The notes beneath the pieces are model-generated. The model did no database searches. It was not told where the DNA came from and was given only the letters and a program-made list of their open reading frames with translations. The position numbers and the translations under genes are program-made. Below, one piece after another: positions 59,835 through 64,000 of a stretch of 64,000 bases of DNA. Position 1 is the first letter of the stretch; every line of letters begins with the position of its first letter. This DNA is from Escherichia phage vB_EcoM-101112UKE3-1. The stretch lies in the sequence record MZ234013.1. The stretch is one strand, 5' to 3'.

Positions 59835-59858
59835 AGTCTCCTTCGGGAGACTTTTTTC
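59835..59858 (+). terminator. rho-independent terminator after rI.1
   Basis: agtctccttcgggagact hairpin plus tttttt. Confidence 0.7.
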
Positions 59859-59867
59859 ATTTTGCCG

Positions 59868-59897
59868 GTTTACTTTCCGTTTGAGCTGTGGTACTAT
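59868..59897 (+). promoter_or_regulatory. T4 early-type promoter (tggtactatacaactatc class)
   Basis: gtttac, 18 nt, TGgTACTAT. Confidence 0.55.
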
Positions 59898-59925
59898 ACA
59901 ACTATCGGATAAAGAGGAGAACATC

Positions 59926-60114
59926 ATGAAAATTGAAGCACTCAATCAAGAAGGAAATATCTACGTCATCATTAATGGTGATTTTTTCGTCGACATGGAT
60001 GAAGTTACTAGTGAAGAACTTGTAGAACTTCTTAAGAAACGTTATGATATGTGTGATGAAGCTGCAACTCATATGGCGTGTGCAATATTCTCTCTTTCAT
60101 ATGTGGTGGAATAA
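59926..60114 (+). CDS. small hypothetical protein
   Basis: ATG at 59926 with SD agaggag just downstream of the promoter; 62 aa. Confidence 0.45.
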   Translation: MKIEALNQEGNIYVIINGDFFVDMDEVTSEELVELLKKRYDMCDEAATHMACAIFSLSYVVE

Positions 60115-60317
60115 TGACTAGAATTGAACAAGCAGATAAAATTAAAGAATTGGTAGCTTTAATTCGCAAAGCAGATGAGGAACTTAGTGACTTTGCTTGG
60201 TTTTCGGCAGGCATTGCAAATAAAGGCGCTGAAGAACTTGAAGCTAAAGTTGATAATGCTATAGAAGCGTTAGATATGTTTCTTGATGAAATTATCGATC
60301 ATAATACGAGAGTGTAA
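60114..60317 (+). CDS. small hypothetical protein
   Basis: ATG at 60114 overlapping the upstream stop; about 67 aa. Confidence 0.45.
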   Translation: MTRIEQADKIKELVALIRKADEELSDFAWFSAGIANKGAEELEAKVDNAIEALDMFLDEIIDHNTRV

Positions 60318-60319
60318 GT

Positions 60320-60514
60320 ATGCTAACACGCGAACAGTTTGAAAAAATCATTAAATTAGCACGTGATATTGAAATAGATTCATATCAATTAGCAGTTGAG
60401 CATTGTGAAGGATATTCATACGATGGTATAGAAGCAGCTAAAAAGGATTTGGATAAATCTAAAGCTAAGTTAGTTCAATATCTTGAAATGATTAGGTGGA
60501 ACAATGAAAACTGA
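60320..60514 (+). CDS. small hypothetical protein
   Basis: 64 aa ORF. Confidence 0.45.
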   Translation: MLTREQFEKIIKLARDIEIDSYQLAVEHCEGYSYDGIEAAKKDLDKSKAKLVQYLEMIRWNNEN

Positions 60515-60677
60515 AAAGCAGATGTTTTTAATGAAACTAATTGAAGAATATGCTAATGCAGTTTCTGACTATGAGTGTTCTTCTCGGGAAAGAGGTACAG
60601 CTTTCGCCAAAGAAGAAATGAAAATCATGGTTGATGCTCACACAAAGCTTCAGAATTTTATTGAAAACGTCATTTAA
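60504..60677 (+). CDS. small hypothetical protein (57 aa)
   Basis: Hand-translated MKTEKQMFLMKLIEEYANAVSDYECSS...; overlaps upstream ORF; below track cutoff. Confidence 0.35.
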   Translation: MKTEKQMFLMKLIEEYANAVSDYECSSRERGTAFAKEEMKIMVDAHTKLQNFIENVI

Positions 60678-60679
60678 TG

Positions 60680-60709
60680 GTTTACAAGTTGACAAGATTA
60701 TGATATAGT
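60680..60709 (+). promoter_or_regulatory. T4 early-type promoter with stem-loop
   Basis: gtttac, 18 nt, TGaTATAGT; -10 in the loop of hairpin ttgacaagatta/taatcttgtcaa. Confidence 0.5.
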
Positions 60710-60844
60710 AATCTTGTCAACTGCCAAGGAGAAGAGAATGAAAGTTTTGTTTGTTGTGTATGTGATGATTCAATATAATTATCCAATGTTTACTTATAAT
60801 CTGGTGAACAACATTATTGATATTATTCAAAGGAGTATGTAATT

Positions 60845-61402
60845 GTGGGTGAGTCGAAGAGAATCAATATGAAACGATTAGTATTAGAAGTTAGTCCGCT
60901 TTTTGGTGAATTAGCTATAGAAAAAGTAAATAATATGTATCGTTTGACACAAGAAGACGATATGCTATATTTTACGCCTAGTGAAATCATTCATTTAACC
61001 CAAATTGAATATCCTTATACTGATAAAATAGTAAGCATCAATGATGAGCACAAAATTCATTTTTATTCTTCATGCCCAGGATTTAATATTAAAAGTGAGT
61101 CAATGTGTTTATCAGTTATCCATTGGGATAGTTTTATAGATAAGATTAAATATTTTTATTATTCTAATGAAAGAAAACATAGTTTAAAATGGCTCAAAAA
61201 TTGCAATGCTATTATTACTAACGCTTGCAATCAGAATGATGAAACTGTTTTAAACGTATCAAAATGCTATGAAGATGGTGATGTCTTAACTATTCGTCAA
61301 ATTGATGATTTTCGATCGTATATTGTCACATTTACCAAAGACGAAGCTATTGCGCTAAAGACTTATCTCGATTCTGTCATTCCAACTATGATTTCAAAGT
61401 GA
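60845..61402 (+). CDS. hypothetical protein, tandem paralog A
   Basis: 185 aa from GTG with aggag SD 9 nt upstream (alternative ATG at 60869); shares motifs with the next ORF. Confidence 0.45.
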   Translation: MGESKRINMKRLVLEVSPLFGELAIEKVNNMYRLTQEDDMLYFTPSEIIHLTQIEYPYTDKIVSINDEHKIHFYSSCPGFNIKSESMCLSVIHWDSFIDKIKYFYYSNERKHSLKWLKNCNAIITNACNQNDETVLNVSKCYEDGDVLTIRQIDDFRSYIVTFTKDEAIALKTYLDSVIPTMISK

Positions 61403-61408
61403 GGAAAT

Positions 61409-61930
61409 ATGTTTATTTCAAGTGGAAGTGGTTTAATTCGTGTTGAATTTAAAAATGACATCTTTCTTATTCAAGGAGATGATATTATTAAAATGAGTTA
61501 TGACGAAATCAAGAAAATTTGTCATGCTCTTGAAAGTCATGGAAAAGTGAACGCTGTTATTGATATTGGCGATTTATGGGTGACACTTTATGAAGTATCC
61601 GAAGGATTTAACATTGAAGATGAAAATAACATTTTAGCTATTGATAAAAGAAGTGATTTGTTTGATGTATTAAAAGTTTATGAACAGTCAAATGGCGGAA
61701 GAAAAGCTGTATTGATTTATCAAAAACCGCATTCATGTGGAACTGCTTCAATCATTTCAGATATTGAAGATGAAACTGATACTTATATGTGTGTTTTAAA
61801 AGCTGGTGGTGACCGTCATCCGGATTTTATTTCTATTCGTCAAAACAATGAAGAAATTTCATTATCAAAATCAGAAGCTGAAGCTATGATTAAGTATTTA
61901 ACAACTGTTACACCTTCAATGAAAGGATAA
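61409..61930 (+). CDS. hypothetical protein, tandem paralog B
   Basis: 173 aa; QGDDIIKMSYDEI and C-terminus KYLTTVTPSM parallel TQEDDMLYFTPSEI and TYLDSVIPTM in paralog A. Confidence 0.5.
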   Translation: MFISSGSGLIRVEFKNDIFLIQGDDIIKMSYDEIKKICHALESHGKVNAVIDIGDLWVTLYEVSEGFNIEDENNILAIDKRSDLFDVLKVYEQSNGGRKAVLIYQKPHSCGTASIISDIEDETDTYMCVLKAGGDRHPDFISIRQNNEEISLSKSEAEAMIKYLTTVTPSMKG

Positions 61931-61932
61931 TT

Positions 61933-62394
61933 ATGATTATTAATGAAAACTCTTGGCACTATAAATTATTCAAATTGTTTAACGATGAATGGCAACGACC
62001 TAAGACGCTGTGCGCATACTTTTGGTCTATTGTTATCCCTACATTTTTCGTTTCTTTTTTCGGATGTACTATACTCGTAGGTCTAACTATCATCTGCGCA
62101 GAAATCATACAGAAATGGCTTATTTTTGGTAGTTTATGGACTCTTATTCCATCAGCATTTATACTTGCCATTTTGCTTGTTTTACTTATTATCGGTTCAT
62201 TTGTTATTCCTGCACAACTGCGTGAAAAATATAAAGATTATAAATGGAAAAAGGATTATGCTTTACACGTAGAAAATATTGATAGGGCGTATAAAGGTTT
62301 ACCTCCTATTCAACCCAAGAAATCGATTATCGTTGAATTTTTAAAAGCTCGTAAAGCTAAAGTATGTCCTGTTATTGAATATAAGGCTGAATGA
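61933..62394 (+). CDS. integral membrane protein (about three TM helices)
   Basis: 153 aa, long hydrophobic segments. Confidence 0.5.
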   Translation: MIINENSWHYKLFKLFNDEWQRPKTLCAYFWSIVIPTFFVSFFGCTILVGLTIICAEIIQKWLIFGSLWTLIPSAFILAILLVLLIIGSFVIPAQLREKYKDYKWKKDYALHVENIDRAYKGLPPIQPKKSIIVEFLKARKAKVCPVIEYKAE

Positions 62395-63404
62395 TGAAAA
62401 CAGTAATGAAAAGCTATTTTGGTAGTCATCTTTATGGAACTTCTACCCCAGAATCTGATGTAGATTTTAAAGAAATCTTTGTTCCTCCTGCTCGTGATAT
62501 TCTTATCGGAAATGTTAAAGAGCACATGAGTAAAAACACTAACAACACATCATCTAAAAACACTAAAGATGATATTGACCATGAACTATACAGTCTTAAA
62601 TATTTCTTTAAATTAGCAGCAGATGGTGAAACTGTAGCGTTAGATATGCTTCACACTCCACCTGAACTAGTGGTTAAATCTGATTTGCCTGATGTGTGGA
62701 AGTTTATTCAAGACAATCGTTCTCGTTTTTATACGACTAACATGAAATCCTATTTAGGATATGTCCGTAAGCAAGCTTCTAAATACGGCGTTAAGGGTTC
62801 TCGTTTGGCTGCATTACGTGATGTATTGAAAGTAGTTAATCAAATCCCTGAGCAATGGGTTGATTACCAAGAAGATGGTTCTATTAAGCAGCGTCGTACT
62901 AAAGTTGAAGATATTAAGCATCGTCTTCCAGAAAACGAATTCTGTGAATGGGTGTTCCATAATCATGAGAAAACAGGCCCACAGACGTTCTACACAGTGT
63001 TGGGTCGTAAATATCAGACAACGCTTTCTCTTATTGAGCTTAAGCAGTCACTGAACAAATTAGATGCTGAATACGGTGAACGTGCTCGTAAGGCCGAAGC
63101 CAATGAAGGTATTGACTGGAAAGCTCTGAGTCATGCTTGCCGTGGTGGACTCCAACTATTGGAAATTTACAAAACTGGTGACTTGGTTTATCCACTCCAA
63201 GATGCTCCATTTATTCTCGACGTGAAGTTGGGTAAACATCCATTTAAAACGGTTCAAGAGTTTTTGGAAGATGTGGTCGATCAAGTAGAAGCAGCATCTA
63301 CTGAAGCTTCTAAGAACGGTATGCAGCAAAAAGTGGACATGGGTTTTTGGGATGACTTCCTTGAGAAGGTCTATCTTGAAAACCACCGAAGTTATTATAA
63401 ATGA
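62391..63404 (+). CDS. predicted nucleotidyltransferase (Pol-beta superfamily fold)
   Basis: N-terminal GSHLYGTSTPESDVDF matches the G[GS]-x(9-13)-D-x-[DE] signature; 337 aa; ATGA overlap with upstream gene. Confidence 0.5.
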   Translation: MMKTVMKSYFGSHLYGTSTPESDVDFKEIFVPPARDILIGNVKEHMSKNTNNTSSKNTKDDIDHELYSLKYFFKLAADGETVALDMLHTPPELVVKSDLPDVWKFIQDNRSRFYTTNMKSYLGYVRKQASKYGVKGSRLAALRDVLKVVNQIPEQWVDYQEDGSIKQRRTKVEDIKHRLPENEFCEWVFHNHEKTGPQTFYTVLGRKYQTTLSLIELKQSLNKLDAEYGERARKAEANEGIDWKALSHACRGGLQLLEIYKTGDLVYPLQDAPFILDVKLGKHPFKTVQEFLEDVVDQVEAASTEASKNGMQQKVDMGFWDDFLEKVYLENHRSYYK

Positions 63405-63406
63405 TA

Positions 63407-63431
63407 GGGAGCCTTCGGGCTCCCTTTTTTT
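63407..63431 (+). terminator. rho-independent terminator
   Basis: gggagccttcgggctccc hairpin plus ttttttt. Confidence 0.7.
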
Positions 63432-63455
63432 ATTTCAAAAATTTTTCACAAAACT

Positions 63456-63485
63456 GTTTACAAGCATAAAGCTTTATGGTACTAT
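63456..63485 (+). promoter_or_regulatory. T4 early-type promoter (tggtactatacaactatc class)
   Basis: gtttac, 18 nt, TGgTACTAT; upstream A-tract shared with the 49016 copy. Confidence 0.55.
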
Positions 63486-63521
63486 ACAACTATCAAAACA
63501 AACACTTAAACGGAAAACAAA

Positions 63522-63671
63522 ATGAAAATTACACCAATTGAAGTAAAAAAGTTGATTGATACAGAAGAAATTTCAGAGTGTTTTGAAAGTTTCTTAGAAG
63601 ACGCAACTGAAGATAACGCGGTTTATCTTGCCCAGAAAATTATCGAAACTTATTTGGAGAAGAATCAATGA
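63522..63671 (+). CDS. small acidic hypothetical protein (49 aa)
   Basis: Hand-translated MKITPIEVKKLIDTEEISECFESF...; ATGA overlap with next gene; below track cutoff. Confidence 0.35.
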   Translation: MKITPIEVKKLIDTEEISECFESFLEDATEDNAVYLAQKIIETYLEKNQ

Positions 63672-63931
63672 CAGTTTACGTAGATGTTTTAATGAATCAT
63701 GGATGGAAACTTCACGGTCATCCAACTAAAAATTGTCATATGTTCACTGATGGAGATATTGAAGAGCTTCATGAAATGGCAGAAGCAATAGGAATGAAAC
63801 GTTCTTGGTTTCAAGATAAACGCATTAAACATTATGACTTACACGCTCGCCGACGCCAAAAAGCTGTAGAACTTGGAGCTGTAGAAGTATCTCGCCGTGA
63901 AGCGGTAAAAATTTGGCGAACGTTAAAATAA
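63668..63931 (+). CDS. hypothetical protein
   Basis: 87 aa ORF coupled to the upstream small ORF. Confidence 0.45.
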   Translation: MTVYVDVLMNHGWKLHGHPTKNCHMFTDGDIEELHEMAEAIGMKRSWFQDKRIKHYDLHARRRQKAVELGAVEVSRREAVKIWRTLK

Positions 63932-63934
63932 ATT

Positions 63935-63964
63935 GTTTACAGAAGGGTAGTAGTGTGATACTAT
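63935..63964 (+). promoter_or_regulatory. T4 early-type promoter with stem-loop (PeSL-like)
   Basis: gtttac, spacer, gtgatactat inside hairpin agggtag/ctaccct. Confidence 0.55.
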
Positions 63965-64000
63965 TACCCTATCAAAACAAATGTGAGATTGGAGAATAAA

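Noticed and set aside
60738-60842. 34-codon hydrophobic mini-ORF (MKVLFVVYVMIQYNYPMF...) after the 60680 promoter
   Set aside because: Too short to support from sequence alone; may simply be leader sequence carrying the SD for the downstream GTG-start gene.

Overview
This window is a contiguous piece of a T4-like (T-even, Tequatrovirus-type) Escherichia/Shigella myovirus genome; protein sequences are near-identical to phage T4 but not identical (for example a few substitutions in the lysozyme), so it is a close relative rather than T4 itself. Coordinates 1-40.8 kb hold the late structural and DNA-repair block, mostly on the minus strand: baseplate hub 28/27/51/26/25, uvsY, uvsW, inh, hoc, rnlB, head genes 24-23-22-21-68-67-20, tail 19/18, terminase 17/16, neck 15/14/13, wac, baseplate 12-11-10-9-8-7-6-5.4-5.1-5-53. 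Coordinates 40.8-64 kb on the plus strand hold 4, 2, 3, 1, 57A, 57B, then the early hyperplastic region: internal-protein-like genes, a nine-gene tRNA cluster with segB, nudE, e lysozyme, denV, a GrcA-like gene, regB, tk, rI and many small ORFs, each cluster headed by a T4 early-type promoter. Three free-standing HNH endonuclease genes are wedged between conserved structural genes (18/19, 13/14, 2/3). I found no single obviously novel multi-gene system; the most interesting items are the HNH insertions, a candidate extra tRNA-Tyr, a TARG1-like macrodomain gene, a GrcA-like gene whose 3' half looks host-derived, and repeated promoter/stem-loop and gene-junction modules in the early region. All identifications rest on reading the translations and DNA by eye and on recalled T4 biology; no database search was run.
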